Positions 1 through 11,845 of a DNA stretch of 64,000 nt are shown piece after piece (the stretch's first letter is position 1; the number at the start of each line of letters is the position of its first letter). The stretch is from the NCBI GenBank assembly GCA_023205875.1, contig CP060755.1, forward strand, positions 1,302,001 through 1,366,000, in the 5' to 3' direction. Below the pieces are notes generated by a model. The model worked only from the letters and a program-made list of their open reading frames with translations, had not been told where the DNA came from and made no database searches. Source of the stretch: Chloropicon primus. Its lineage: Eukaryota. Position numbers and translations under genes: made by a program.

Positions 1-118
1 TCGTCCCCGGGTCCGTCGTCGAGATCGCCTCCACGATGCCGTGCACCACGAGTGCGTCGTACCCCGACTCCTTCTCCAGGTATACCCTGAGCCTCTCCAG
101 CACCTCCTCTCCAGCCAT
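1..118 (-). CDS. 5' end of an unidentified gene running off the left edge (MAGEEVLERLRVYLEKESGYDALVVHGIVEAISTTDPG...)
   Basis: ATG at 118-116 opens a stop-free frame to position 1; divergent from the kinase gene. Too short to identify. Confidence 0.55.
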   Translation of the reverse strand, partial: MAGEEVLERLRVYLEKESGYDALVVHGIVEAISTTDPGT

Positions 119-432
119 GTTTTAACTCTGGCCAGCCCTCAGCCGAGGATCCTGCGATAGAGACGCGTCACGACGACGACGACGACGACGACGTGTTCGG
201 TCGCTCGGTGCAAGCACACCACTACCACCAAGGCCTCCGCGATCGAATCGGCCCTCCTCCTCCCTCCCTGGTCCCTGGAGAGAGTACGCTCGCCTCCTCG
301 CGCGTCTTTCGCTGAAACGCTGAAACGAAAACAAGTGGACAGCGATTGGCGCGCAGCGGATGGGGTTGGGAGATCTCTGAAGGGGAGGAGGAGAGAGAGG
401 AGCAGGAGCAGGGGACGGCGGTCGTGTGGAGA

Positions 433-1989
433 ATGAATGTGGGGGTGGCCTCGACGGCCTCCGCTCGGTGCGGGTGCAAGACCATGAGGCTTGGCGCGGA
501 GCGGTGCGGGTACGGTCGACGGGAGAGCTCGAGGAGGGTGAACTCGTCTTCGTCGTCATTTTCCCCTTTGCTTCCAGAGGTGAGGAGGACAGGACAACGG
601 AGGAGGAGCAAGGTCGTGTGGAGGGCGAGCCCGGGGGAAGCGTCTTGGCTCTCGGAGGTCGCCGACAACGTGGTTTTCCAGAACCTCGCGGCAGTGCTCA
701 ACCAGGGCGGGCAGGTCGCGCTTCACGTCTTGCCCTCGCCGTTGGACAACATCGTGAGCACCCTGATATTCGACCTGTCCAACGCATTTCTCGGGGAGAT
801 CACCAGCCTGGCGCTGCTTCACTTCTTCGCCGTCTACTACTTCGTGTTCGCGAACCCCAAGCCCATCATCGGCTTCCTGGACTACTACATCGTGGGCCCG
901 ATCGATGCCCTGATTCGCAACAGTGGCCTGGACCAGAGGGACTTCAAGCTGAGGGGAACCCTCGGGGGCGGGAACTTTGGCACCATCTACGAGGCGGTGA
1001 GGCTCAAGAAGGGCGAGGAGGACTCGGACTTGGCTGATCTGTCTGAAAGGGAGGAAGAGGCGCGGAAAGTGGTCATGAAGAGGATCAAGAAGGACAATCT
1101 CGGCGTCAGGAAGGATTTCCTGGCGCAGGGCACGATGGCCCAAGGCACGGAGGAGACCGGGCTCGCGGAGGCGTTCTTCTGCCAGAGAATAAAGCGGAAC
1201 CCGCTCGCGGCGAAGCACTGCGCCACGTTTCTGGGGGAGTTCGTCGCAGACGAGTTCGGGCGAGGGTACGACAAGGACTCCCAGTGGCTGGTCTTCAAGT
1301 ACGAGAGCGAAATTACGCTCGCTGACACCATAGAAGGCAGAATAGGGCCGTACCCAGAGTGCCTGGAGGATTTCAGCAACAATCGAAGCGAGGCGGGAAT
1401 GATCAAGAAGATCATGAAGGAGCTGCTCGAAGGCATTTCGGCTCTGAATACCATGGGCATCGTCCACCGAGATATCAAGCCAGAAAACATTCTCTTGACC
1501 GAGAGGGGGGATGTGAAGCTCATCGACTTTGGAGCTGCGGCGGACCTCTGCACGGGCGTGAATTTCAATCCAAAGACCGGGTTTCTCGACCCCCGGTACT
1601 GCCCCCCGGAGGAATTCGTGGTGCCCCAGAACTTCCCTAGGGCACCGATAGCGGCGCTGTCCACCCTCGCTTCGCCCTTGGTGTGGAACTACACCAAGCC
1701 GGGGCTCTTTGACGTGTACGCCGTTGGAATCATCTTCCTGCAGATGACCGTCCCTCAGATGAGAAAGGCGAATTTCTTCCGAACCTTTCAGAGGGAAATG
1801 AAAAAGTTTGACTACGACCTCCAGGAGTGGAGGCGGTCCAAGGCATCGTCAGCCTCTCAGGCCGACTTCTCCGAGCTCGACACGAAGTTTGGATCGGGGT
1901 GGGACTTGGCATGTAAAATGATCTCCTTGAAGAGCAAAAGGATTTCTGCCAAGGCTGCCTTGAGGCACCCTTACTTCTTGATCCTGTAA
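433..1989 (+). CDS. Thylakoid Ser/Thr protein kinase, STN7/STN8 (Stt7/Stl1) family, probably STN8/STL1-like
   Basis: R/S-rich transit-like N-terminus from ATG 433; hydrophobic segment; LGGGNFG, HRDIKPEN and DFG motifs; family-typical C-lobe insert (EEFVVPQNFPRAPIAALSTLASPLVW...FDVYAVG). Confidence 0.8.
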   Translation: MNVGVASTASARCGCKTMRLGAERCGYGRRESSRRVNSSSSSFSPLLPEVRRTGQRRRSKVVWRASPGEASWLSEVADNVVFQNLAAVLNQGGQVALHVLPSPLDNIVSTLIFDLSNAFLGEITSLALLHFFAVYYFVFANPKPIIGFLDYYIVGPIDALIRNSGLDQRDFKLRGTLGGGNFGTIYEAVRLKKGEEDSDLADLSEREEEARKVVMKRIKKDNLGVRKDFLAQGTMAQGTEETGLAEAFFCQRIKRNPLAAKHCATFLGEFVADEFGRGYDKDSQWLVFKYESEITLADTIEGRIGPYPECLEDFSNNRSEAGMIKKIMKELLEGISALNTMGIVHRDIKPENILLTERGDVKLIDFGAAADLCTGVNFNPKTGFLDPRYCPPEEFVVPQNFPRAPIAALSTLASPLVWNYTKPGLFDVYAVGIIFLQMTVPQMRKANFFRTFQREMKKFDYDLQEWRRSKASSASQADFSELDTKFGSGWDLACKMISLKSKRISAKAALRHPYFLIL

Positions 1990-2058
1990 ATTTGTAGAAT
2001 GGGTTTTGGATCTGAACCTCCCTTGTAATAAAAAAGAAGCAAATTAAAATAAGCGTTT

Positions 2059-3951
2059 TTATCCTTGTTGTTCAGATGGGTCCTTCTCCAGCTGAACGAG
2101 GTCATCGATACGCAAAATCGTGATCGCAGCCTCCGTGGCAAACTGCAGGATCTTGATCTTACTAAGCGCAGGCTCGATGACACCCTTCTCGATGTTGTTG
2201 ATAACAGCCCCGTCGTACAAGTCCAAACCATACTCAGCAAACTTCTCTTTCCCTGGCTTCATCTGAGACGTGTAGTGGTACGCCCTGAGCTTCGCTACTA
2301 GGTCGATGGCATCCTTGGCAGCGTTGACAGCCAAGGTTTTGGGGATAACCATGAGGGCATCTGCGAACTCCGCGACGGGGAGCTGCTCCCTGCTGCTGAG
2401 GGAAATGGCAAAGTTCTCAAGGAACACGGACAGAGCAGCCTCAACCGCTCCTCCTCCGGGCACGACAGTACCGAACTCCAGGGTACGCTTGACAACGCAC
2501 AGTGCGTCGTGGATGGATCTCTCCATCTCGTCCAGCATGTAGTCGTTCGCGCCACGGAGGAGAATCGTGCAAGAAGCCGACGACTTTGCACCCTTAACCA
2601 TAATGATGTCATCGTCGCACACGCGTTCTTCCTCCACACACTCTGCCTGGCCCAAGCTCGAGGCGTCGAAGGTCTCCTCTCCCTCCATGTCAGCAAGGGT
2701 GGAGATGACGGTCGCACCGGTGGCTTTCGCGACCCTTCTCAAGTCTTCCTTTGGAACTCTTCTGCAAGCGATGGCGCCAGCCTCGACAAAGTACTTGAGC
2801 GACATGTCGTCAATACCCTTGGTCGTGAAGATGACATTGGCTCCGGCTGCCAGGATCTTCTCGATCCTCTTCTTGGTGATGTTGCTCTCCTCCTCCCTGA
2901 TCTTCTCAAGCTCCTTGGGGTCGCTGACAAGAACCTGAATTCCCATCTTCATCCTCGACTTCTGCAAGTTCATGTCCAGGCAGGCGATCTTGGCGTTTTG
3001 AACCACCTTCACCATACCCTGGGCGGCACGGCCGCAGTTCAAGGCGTAACCCTTGAGGAGCTCGCTCTCCTTTGCGCTCTTTCCGTGAGCCTTGAGGATG
3101 TTGATAGCCTTGACTGGGTACTTGACGTCCCCGATCGCGTTGTAAGTCTTCACCGCAAGCATGGCGTCGATGAGCATGTTCGCGAAAAAGTCCGAGTCGA
3201 CTCCAATAATCTTCGAGCTCATGGACGTCTTCGCGGCGTTGAGCAGGGTATCCCTACCAAGGCTCTCCGTCTTCTGTGACAAGTGCTCCTTGAGGTACTT
3301 GCAGGCCTCCTTGGAAGCCAGGCGGTACCCGCTGATGATGGTGGTCGGGTGGAGACTCTGGCGAACAAGGCTGTTTGCGTGCTTCAAGAGCTCGGAGGCC
3401 AAAATGACCACGCTCGTGGTTCCGTCACCGACCTCCTGGTCTTGCATCTCAGAAAGCTCCACCAGGATCTTTGCCGCAGGGTGCTCGACCTCGAGCTGCT
3501 TCAAAATAGTCGCGCCGTCGTTCGTGATGGTGACGTCTCCGATGCTATCGACAAGCATCTGAAGACAAAAACAAGAGGAAGCAAGTCGTGCGAGACAGAA
3601 GAAAGAGAGTGTGGTCAGCTCAAGATCTACCTCCCGAGAAACGAGGAGGCTTCGAGTGATCGGAGCGTCCTCGAAAGAAGGCCCGGGGGGCCAGGTCCCG
3701 GCGAAGCGAGAGACTGCAGCGTCAAAAGACGCGACGCCCCAGACGCCACCAACCCCCTCCCCCCCTCGCTCCACGATCACGTCTTTGGTTCCTCCCCTTA
3801 CCTTGTCGAGTCCCACGGGTCCAAGGGACGACTTGATTATGTTCGCCACCGCCGAAACCGCGGTGATGTTCTGCGTCCGCACGTCCTGCCCGTACTCCCT
3901 GGTCCCGAACACGTCCAGGTTCCCTCCCCTTTCCATCTGTTTCATCGCCAT
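2059..3951 (-). CDS. CCT1: T-complex protein 1 subunit alpha (CCT1/TCP1), 2 exons
   Basis: [35 protein letters not shown] and VVPGGGAVE motifs. Intron 3559-3801 (GTAAGG...CTGAC...CAG) is read through in the ORF track. Confidence 0.95.
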   Translation of the reverse strand: MAMKQMERGGNLDVFGTREYGQDVRTQNITAVSAVANIIKSSLGPVGLDKVRGGTKDVIVERGGEGVGGVWGVASFDAAVSRFAGTWPPGPSFEDAPITRSLLVSREVDLELTTLSFFCLARLASSCFCLQMLVDSIGDVTITNDGATILKQLEVEHPAAKILVELSEMQDQEVGDGTTSVVILASELLKHANSLVRQSLHPTTIISGYRLASKEACKYLKEHLSQKTESLGRDTLLNAAKTSMSSKIIGVDSDFFANMLIDAMLAVKTYNAIGDVKYPVKAINILKAHGKSAKESELLKGYALNCGRAAQGMVKVVQNAKIACLDMNLQKSRMKMGIQVLVSDPKELEKIREEESNITKKRIEKILAAGANVIFTTKGIDDMSLKYFVEAGAIACRRVPKEDLRRVAKATGATVISTLADMEGEETFDASSLGQAECVEEERVCDDDIIMVKGAKSSASCTILLRGANDYMLDEMERSIHDALCVVKRTLEFGTVVPGGGAVEAALSVFLENFAISLSSREQLPVAEFADALMVIPKTLAVNAAKDAIDLVAKLRAYHYTSQMKPGKEKFAEYGLDLYDGAVINNIEKGVIEPALSKIKILQFATEAAITILRIDDLVQLEKDPSEQQG

Positions 3952-4295
3952 CTTTGCCTCTCTCTCTCTCTCTCTCTCGCTCGCTCTCCGACCGATCTCT
4001 CTCGTTTTCCCTCGCTCCCTCGCCGCCTGCGAGTTTCAAAAAAAACACGTTCCCAAATGCATGGGGGTCCCCGGGGGGAACCGAGAGAGTCAAAGGCCGA
4101 GTCTTGGGAAAACTGGAGAGGGACCGGAGAGGTTGGCTCGTGGCGGTCTGGGGGAGAGAGGTGCAGGAGGAACAAGTGGATGGACTAGCAGGAATTGAGC
4201 GTGGTGTCACGGCATACGCACACCGCAAAAGCACCGTGGTTGCTGGCGAGGGTGGGGTGGGGGGCGGAGGAAAGCTAGCTTATCTGTGAGAGAAG

Positions 4296-5954
4296 ATGGC
4301 GGTGGACGGGTCGATGTTCGGCGGGGATTACAAAGGCGTTCCCCTGAAGAAGGACTCGGATGAGTTGATGATGGACTCTTGCAACCGGGACAAGCGGCCG
4401 ATATATTCTTTGTCGTCGTTCCCCGTCCTGGAGCGAAGGGGGGAGAGCAGCAAGGAGAAGGGCCGTCCGAATGCCCAATTGCTCAAGGATGACAAGCCGA
4501 GCGTCTCCCAGGCTCTCGACAGGGGCGCGCCCCGCAACAAGGCGAGGACCGCGGAGACCGCGGATGTGAGGAGCCCTCTGGAAGCCGAGCTGGAGACGAA
4601 CAACCCGGAGCTCTTCCACGCCTTGCAGGAGGTGAAGAGGACTCTCCATGGGCACTCCATGAAGCGGTTTCAGCACTTCGAGTCGCTTGGGATGATGAAC
4701 CACGAGGAGAACAGCGTCCGTGCGACTGCCGCGCTGAGAGTGGACCTGATCCGGCGGACGGTCGGTCTGGGCACGAACGCGGAGCTCGAGGACTACAAGC
4801 TCAACAAGAACGAGGACACGAGCCTGGAGGCCCAGTTGGAGCAGGTCCTCAACTGCAAGGACTTGGAGGACCTGCGAGCCTTCCAGCTCAAGGGGAGCTC
4901 GGAGAGCCAATACGAAAAGCACAGGAAGATCAAAAGGGCCATGCACTCGCGCACGCTGGAGATACAGCGGGAGGCGGAGGCCGTCTCCAGGGCGCTGACA
5001 AGGGCGCTGGACAAGTACAGAGGAGCCATCAAGGAAATCCTTCAGGAGCCCAAGGCAAGAAAGCGAGCGAACGCCAAGTCCATGCGGTCCACGGTGAACG
5101 AGAACATGAACGAGGAGGTGGCCATCCGCTCGCAACAGCTGCTGTCCAGGGAGGAGATGCAGCGGGTGCTGGTGGACTCCGCGAACGGCAACATGTCCAA
5201 GGCGAACGAGGTTCTCGAGAGGTTGAAGCTGTACACCGAAACCATATCCACGGACGAAGAGGGGTCGAGGCCTGGGACCGTCCCGGATGGAAACGCGGGC
5301 AAGACGGACGAGGAGGAGGGGGAGGAGCCCACGTCTGGGAACGAGGAAGCTTCCGAGAAAACGATGGAGGACGCCGCGTCCTCGGCGGCAGGCAGAGTCT
5401 CAAAGGCAAAACCTGACAGCAGGAGCAAGCAGTCTCAGCGAAAAACGCAAAAGGCCGGGCACAGGGTGGCCAGAAAAGCGTCGGTGTCGAAGGCCAAAGC
5501 GGACCAGGAGTACGAAGAGGAGCTTCAGCGCGCCAGGGAGGCAGCCAAGCGGGAGGAGGAGGAGAGGCAGTACCAGGCGGCACTCCTCCTCGACCCCATC
5601 GAGGCCGTGGAGGAGAAGGACCCCGACCAAGTCCTTCAGGAGCGTTTCGAGAGGATATGGGACATCCTCGAGATGCCCTTGATGGACAAGATGGAGATGG
5701 TGATCAAGTACACGAGCGAGGAGGGGCTTGACGCCCTGCTTCCCGCCCTGGATCAGTACGAGAAGTGCGCGGGTGGCTTGAGATTGCACAACTTCCTCCT
5801 CCACGGCACGGGCCCCTCCAGCACCCACCGCGAGTTGGAGAACAAGCCCGAGTACATGGAGAGGTGCAAGGCTTACATCAATGAGCAGGCTTTCATCCTA
5901 CTCGAGGACTTTCAAGACGCGTTGACCGTCCGTGGCAAGCCCTTGTCCTTCTGA
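4296..5954 (+). CDS. Uncharacterised coiled-coil protein; C-terminus resembles the CCDC87/MAP65-like motif
   Basis: 552-aa ORF with strong coding-like codon usage. The segment LQERFERIWDILEMPLMDKMEMVIKYTS resembles CCDC87-type C-termini (recalled, not searched). Confidence 0.6.
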   Translation: MAVDGSMFGGDYKGVPLKKDSDELMMDSCNRDKRPIYSLSSFPVLERRGESSKEKGRPNAQLLKDDKPSVSQALDRGAPRNKARTAETADVRSPLEAELETNNPELFHALQEVKRTLHGHSMKRFQHFESLGMMNHEENSVRATAALRVDLIRRTVGLGTNAELEDYKLNKNEDTSLEAQLEQVLNCKDLEDLRAFQLKGSSESQYEKHRKIKRAMHSRTLEIQREAEAVSRALTRALDKYRGAIKEILQEPKARKRANAKSMRSTVNENMNEEVAIRSQQLLSREEMQRVLVDSANGNMSKANEVLERLKLYTETISTDEEGSRPGTVPDGNAGKTDEEEGEEPTSGNEEASEKTMEDAASSAAGRVSKAKPDSRSKQSQRKTQKAGHRVARKASVSKAKADQEYEEELQRAREAAKREEEERQYQAALLLDPIEAVEEKDPDQVLQERFERIWDILEMPLMDKMEMVIKYTSEEGLDALLPALDQYEKCAGGLRLHNFLLHGTGPSSTHRELENKPEYMERCKAYINEQAFILLEDFQDALTVRGKPLSF

Positions 5955-6620
5955 CTGGAAAGGTCGATGAACGATTGACATGGGAAGGGAGTTCGAGGAG
6001 AGGAGAGAGATCCTAATTCCCTCTTTCGCTCTATTTTGTGTATTTCTTTTATTGTTTTGTATACTTCTTCATTTAGTCTCACATTCCTCCTTGATCCAAG
6101 GAAGGTCGTTTTGACTCCGAAAGAAAGCCTCTCCCTCCTTGACGAAGCCTCTCCCTCCTTGACAAGGGAGAACATGGATTCGCGATCGATCGATGGATTT
6201 TTTCTTTCTTTCTTTCTTTCTCTCCCCCCCCCCCCCTCCGGCTCGCCTTGTGCTGTTCCCATCTTTCGTGAGTCCTTCTTTCTCTCTTTGTTCTGACCAA
6301 AACCTCTTTGTTCTTTGTTCGTATTATGATCGTTCAAACCCATTCGAGAGACGTTGGACGCGTGTACGTGAGTTGGAGTAGTAAACCCGTCCTGAGCAAG
6401 GGGAGGAGAGGTTTTTTTTGTGTTTTTGTGTTTTTGTGTTTTCCTTTCCTTTCCTTTTCTTGGTTTCGTTTCGAAGAGAGGGAAGAAGAGAGAGAGACGA
6501 CTAGAATTCCCTGGTGGCGCACAACGCAAACGAACGCGAGTTGACGAAAGACCGCGAGCGACAACACACACAGACGGAGACACAAAGGCGTGACAAACAC
6601 AAAACACTAGACTTTGCAAG

Positions 6621-7306
<686 letters not shown>

Positions 7307-7464
7307 GTTCGCGAGGGAGAGGAAGATGTATGGCATAGACATACCTGTCTTGTAACTTCAATGAGCCAAACTTGGTTCTGAGTGTCGATTGTTATAGTGA
7401 CTTTACGGAAAGCAAAAGCTTTGCCTCCCCCCCCCCGACTCCCCGGGAGGTCTGTCCTCGGCTT

Positions 7465-8273
7465 TCAAAATTTGCTTGGGAAGAACCTCTTCGCCTCCTT
7501 GTACAACTCCGCAATGAACTCGACCCCGGGCTTGAAAGTCTGTCGCACAGGTCAGCAAATTGGGAAACCAAGCGATCAAAGAACAAACAGCCTTACCGGA
7601 AAACCCACTGCCATGTCCTTGCTGCCCTGCACCGTGAAGCACAAATAGTAATAAACGTCTGAAGTGGTCACGGCCTGGCCACCCGCCCATCCACCAGTGC
7701 CAAGGACGAAACCGAGTCAGGTGCGAGGCCGAAACAAGCAAGCACAACCCACGCTCTTCTTACCTCGTTGATAAGGACCGATTCGATGTCGTTCTCCTCC
7801 AGGAACATCCTGCTCCTCGCAGCGAGGCAGTTGGTGCTCTCAAGCTAAAAACCCATGGTCAGAGAAAGCGGTTCGGCAGCAGCTGCAATAATCACCTAAA
7901 GTCTCACCTGCACACCCAGGCCCCTGAACAGCACCACTCTCTCGCAAACAGCCGTTCTGCACAAAAGCGCCACCAGGTAGATGAAAAGAAAGGGCAGCTG
8001 AGCGGTTCCCGGCAAGGGAGGCAAAGAGAGTCAGGGCCCTCTTCTTTCGCATAGAAACAAGTGTGCGCTCTGGGGCACGTGTTGGAAAAGAGAACGACAA
8101 GCACATCCACTCACCCAACGGGTTCGACTCTCCTCTGCAACCGTATAAAGGCACCCCACGAGGACCAAGAGCGCAGCAAGCCACCAAGCGTTCTCCGCGA
8201 TCACATCGATCGCGCTCTTGCGCACCTCGTACGAGACGACGTCCGTCGATCTCGCCAACCTCGCCGCTCTCAT
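7465..8273 (-). CDS. PIGH: GPI-GlcNAc transferase subunit PIG-H, 5 exons, about 160 aa
   Basis: Manually spliced exons 8273-8115, 7997-7908, 7844-7764, 7674-7597 and 7539-7465, all GT-AG. Product has two hydrophobic segments then ERVVLFRGLGVQ-LESTN...IESVLINE-AVTTSDVYYYLCF...GFP-TFKP, matching the PIG-H pattern. Confidence 0.8.
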
Positions 8274-8487
8274 CCTTTGCCCCTCCGGTGCGGTCGCACT
8301 GCCTCCTCCCCCTCGGATCCCTCCCCTGAGGCGGCAGCGCACGCGAAACGCCGTCACAGTTGCCTCCCCTCCCCCTCTGTCACCGCCCTCGCTGTCGTCG
8401 TCGTCGTCGTCGTGCCTCCTCGACCATCATCGCTGGGCTTCTCCTCTCTCTGACAGCCCGTGCGTCGTTCAATCAAACTCAAACACG

Positions 8488-9699
8488 ATGGGGACGGCCA
8501 AGCGGAGGATGAAGCAGCACGTGCTGCCGCAGGTGAGAGAGTCCGTGGAGGAGGGGACGTATGTGGCGTGCACCTTCGATTACGAGAAGTCTCTGCCGGA
8601 TGGGAGGCCAGGGCGGAAAGCTTGGACGGACATATTCAGGCGTGCGATTCCTCAGTTCGAGAAACGCGTGAGAATCCAACTCGAGGAGGAAGCGGGCAGC
8701 GAGGAGGAGGAGAAGATGGCGGAGTCGATAGCATCGTCGTTCGCGCGAGAGTATGGGGAGCTGCTCGATAAGCTGGAGGAGGATCCGAGCCGGGATTTGC
8801 CTGGCTTTGAGGCCGCCTGCGCGAGGGGGAGGGGCGGAGCAGCAGGCCTCAGCTGCAAGGCCCTGTGCGCGTTACGGGAAGCGTGCCTCACCAAGCGAGG
8901 CCTGCGCGACGCCTTCAAGCACGTGAAGCGGAAAGAGAACCTCGAGTCCCTTCTCATTCTGGATCAATTGGCTGCGGAGATCGACGCTGTACCGGGCACT
9001 GCTAGGGACAGAATGGAGCTGGCCCTCAAAAACTGCTTCGCGGGGAACCTCTTCGACCTTGGGGCCCACTTCTCTTCAGAAAAGTACGAGAAGGGCAAGA
9101 CCAAGAAGGGCGACCCTCTCCAGGCTTTTCGGGAGACGAGGGAGGCCCTCCCAGAGCGGCCCTGGAAGATCGACTGCCTGGACGAGGCTGTCCTGCAGCT
9201 GTCGGCCAGAGGGAAGTTCAAGAAAGCAATCGTGTTCGCGGATAATGCAGGCTCGGACTTGATCTGCGGGATCCTGGTCTTTGTTCGGGAGCTCTTGAAG
9301 GCCGGGACCACCGTCGTCGTGGCAGCCAACGAGAAGCCGGCGATCAACGACATCACAGCCGATGAGCTTGTCGCTCTGTTCACCAAGCTCGGAAAGGGAG
9401 CCCCCCGTGTGAGGGATCAGGTCCTCTGCTCCCACTGCGAGAGCGGGAACCTCCGTGTCGTGTCCTCTGGGAGCGACCTTCCGATCATTGATCTGTCGGA
9501 ACTCTCTGCGAGCGTCGTTGCCGAAGCCGAGGACGCCGACCTCATTGTCCTGCAAGGAATGGGCAGAGCGATCGAGTCCAACTTGAACGCCACCTTCTCG
9601 ACCGCCGTCCTGAAAATGGGCGTGGTGAAGCATCCTGAGGTCGCCCTTTGCCTTGGGGGGAAGCTGGGGGAGCCGATCTGCAAGCTGGAGCCAAAATAA
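8488..9699 (+). CDS. Damage-control phosphatase, DUF89/ARMT1-like domain (PANK4 C-terminal type)
   Basis: AGNLFDLGA, FADNAGSDL, KPAINDIT and LQGMGRAIESN motifs; ATG at 8488. Confidence 0.88.
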   Translation: MGTAKRRMKQHVLPQVRESVEEGTYVACTFDYEKSLPDGRPGRKAWTDIFRRAIPQFEKRVRIQLEEEAGSEEEEKMAESIASSFAREYGELLDKLEEDPSRDLPGFEAACARGRGGAAGLSCKALCALREACLTKRGLRDAFKHVKRKENLESLLILDQLAAEIDAVPGTARDRMELALKNCFAGNLFDLGAHFSSEKYEKGKTKKGDPLQAFRETREALPERPWKIDCLDEAVLQLSARGKFKKAIVFADNAGSDLICGILVFVRELLKAGTTVVVAANEKPAINDITADELVALFTKLGKGAPRVRDQVLCSHCESGNLRVVSSGSDLPIIDLSELSASVVAEAEDADLIVLQGMGRAIESNLNATFSTAVLKMGVVKHPEVALCLGGKLGEPICKLEPK

Positions 9700-9745
9700 C
9701 GAAAGCAGAAGAGGTCGTCGCGCCAAATGCATATGAATTACACGT

Positions 9746-11695
9746 CTACCCCGTAGTATACTTTACAGTGACCCATTTCCTGTTTCTCTCCACGTCCTCC
9801 ATTTGATGAGGCGATTCACAATCGGCAACCTTCTTTTCGTGCCTCTTCCTCACGACCTTCTCCTTGGTGACGGGAAAATGCCAATTCTGCCCCGATCTCT
9901 GGATGGCTGTGGTGTACTTGCCAGGCTCGACCAGGTCCACTTTGTTGTCGTAGATAGTAAAGTGCACTTGGTGGCAAAGCTTCCATCTGGTGAAGAACTT
10001 GGACTCTAGCGTCTGAAAGATGTGGTCCCTCATCTCATCGTTCGTCACAATGAGTCCCTTTTGGCCGCTCAGAACGGCTGCGTATATCCAGTACCAGTCG
10101 TCGTTGGAGCCGGCAGGAGTAGAAAAGAGCTCTTTCCTCGATTTCATATTTTCCACGATCTCTTCGTTCTCGTTGTTTCGCCAGGTGAACTGCTGGATCC
10201 TCTTTCTGTGCAAGATGACCAGCGGTTTCTTGTCCGGCCACATTTCCTTCACTTTCGCCACCATTGCCTCGACTTGAGCAAAGGTGAAGATCCCTTTCTT
10301 TGACTGCCCAAAGAATCCCACGTTTGCGCCATCGATGATCATGTCGAAAGGCCCGTGCCTCTGCAGATACTGGGAGAAGTTCTGGAACGCCCAATCACCC
10401 TTGGCCTCCCTCTTGAGAGCAAGACCCCGAATCTTCTCCGCAAGCGTCTTCATTTCCCCCTCTTTCAGATCAAGCCTCTGAACTTGCAATCCACTCTCTT
10501 GACACACACCCTCGGCGCTCACAAGTCCCCTGGTGACCACGTACTTTCCGTCCTGCCCATCCTCTAAGATCTCGTTTTTCATGTTGAAGTACTCCTCAAG
10601 GACTTGTGCCGTTTGCTCCTCGACTTTTGTGATCTCCCTCAGCATGCATTCCAGGATGTAGGTGCCGTACGTCTCGTTCTTCGTCCTCGTTGCACAGCTT
10701 AGCATCGCCCTGTACTCGTGCTCTGTCAGGCCAATCTCTAATCGCCTCAACTCGCTTTCCACCTCCATGGCTTTCTCAAGGTTGCCCGCGTGACAGAATC
10801 CGAGGAGCGCGGGGGTGTACGTTCGAAGCCTCGGCTTTGCTTTGGCGCTTCCCTTGTCTTTCACCTTGCAGTCATTGGCAATCCTCAGAGCACCTTCCGG
10901 ATTTCCAGAAAGAGTAGCGATCCTGGCGAGTCCGGTGTACATGAACTCGTTCATCTCAATGCTGTTCGACTTGAGGTACTTGTAGATGTCCGCATCTCTG
11001 GCGCTCAGGGACCTCCGCCTCTTCTGCTCAGGGGAGTCGTACTCCTCCTTGGACAGGTAGAGGTGGTCCATCCACTCCTCTCCCCCCGCGATGAGGTGGA
11101 GAATCGTCTGCAGCGCCTTCTGGTTCAGGGGGTAGCCAAGATCCAACGCCCTGTCGAAGAGCCCCACTGCTTTCTCGGCGTCCTGATCCCTTCCAGCGTT
11201 GTGGATCTCTCTCATAAGCCTTTCTTTGTTCTCCGTCAACTTCCGCCGCTTATCCTCCTCCGTCTCATGAGGCTTGACGTTGCCGACCTCCTCAATAGGC
11301 CTTTTGGTCGCGCTCATCGGGCCCAACCTCTCAGAGAACCCTGGTAGTCCCGGGCGAAACAGACCAGAGCAAAAGCACCGAAAACGAGAGGAGAACGGGG
11401 TCAGTCCAAGGTCCCAAGCGCGGCGTTCGTATGGCCGAGGGGCCGCAGCGACCGAGTGACGAGAGAGAGAAAGAGGACGAGGTAGCCCGCGCGGAAACTT
11501 ACAGCCAAAATAGTGCCTACTCTGCACACACTTGTACCTAACGCTGCACCCTCTCGAAAAAGTTGTCCCCGAGTTCTCCACCACCAAGCCGAGTCTCTTC
11601 GGAGTACACCTCGGCGCAACTGCCACGTGCCCGCACCTGTTCGCTTCCACGAAAGTCTTCGACCCTCGGAATATGCTCACGCCCCTCTTCAGCAT
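9746..11695 (-). CDS. PRORP: Proteinaceous RNase P (PPR repeats plus NYN metallonuclease domain)
   Basis: PPR-like helices (PRLRTYTPALLGFC), IIDGANVG, TPAGSNDDWYWIYAA, VTNDEMRDH and WHFP motifs. Probable intron 11341-11502; second in-frame ATG at 11317. Confidence 0.93.
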   Translation of the reverse strand: MLKRGVSIFRGSKTFVEANRCGHVAVAPRCTPKRLGLVVENSGTTFSRGCSVRYKCVQSRHYFGCKFPRGLPRPLSLSRHSVAAAPRPYERRAWDLGLTPFSSRFRCFCSGLFRPGLPGFSERLGPMSATKRPIEEVGNVKPHETEEDKRRKLTENKERLMREIHNAGRDQDAEKAVGLFDRALDLGYPLNQKALQTILHLIAGGEEWMDHLYLSKEEYDSPEQKRRRSLSARDADIYKYLKSNSIEMNEFMYTGLARIATLSGNPEGALRIANDCKVKDKGSAKAKPRLRTYTPALLGFCHAGNLEKAMEVESELRRLEIGLTEHEYRAMLSCATRTKNETYGTYILECMLREITKVEEQTAQVLEEYFNMKNEILEDGQDGKYVVTRGLVSAEGVCQESGLQVQRLDLKEGEMKTLAEKIRGLALKREAKGDWAFQNFSQYLQRHGPFDMIIDGANVGFFGQSKKGIFTFAQVEAMVAKVKEMWPDKKPLVILHRKRIQQFTWRNNENEEIVENMKSRKELFSTPAGSNDDWYWIYAAVLSGQKGLIVTNDEMRDHIFQTLESKFFTRWKLCHQVHFTIYDNKVDLVEPGKYTTAIQRSGQNWHFPVTKEKVVRKRHEKKVADCESPHQMEDVERNRKWVTVKYTTG

Positions 11696-11845
11696 GACAT
11701 ATCCTCACAGGACACGCACACACCTCGCTCGTTCGTTGCAGGGCCGCCGACACGACACCCTTCGGATATGAAAATGAAAAATTATTTCCTGCGAGAGATG
11801 AAGAGCTGAGGATGTCGGACCGATTCATGACTTGTCATATGTTGA

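Noticed and set aside
6125..6163. Direct repeats as a CRISPR array
   Set aside because: Only two adjacent units with no spacers, no cas genes, and a eukaryotic context.
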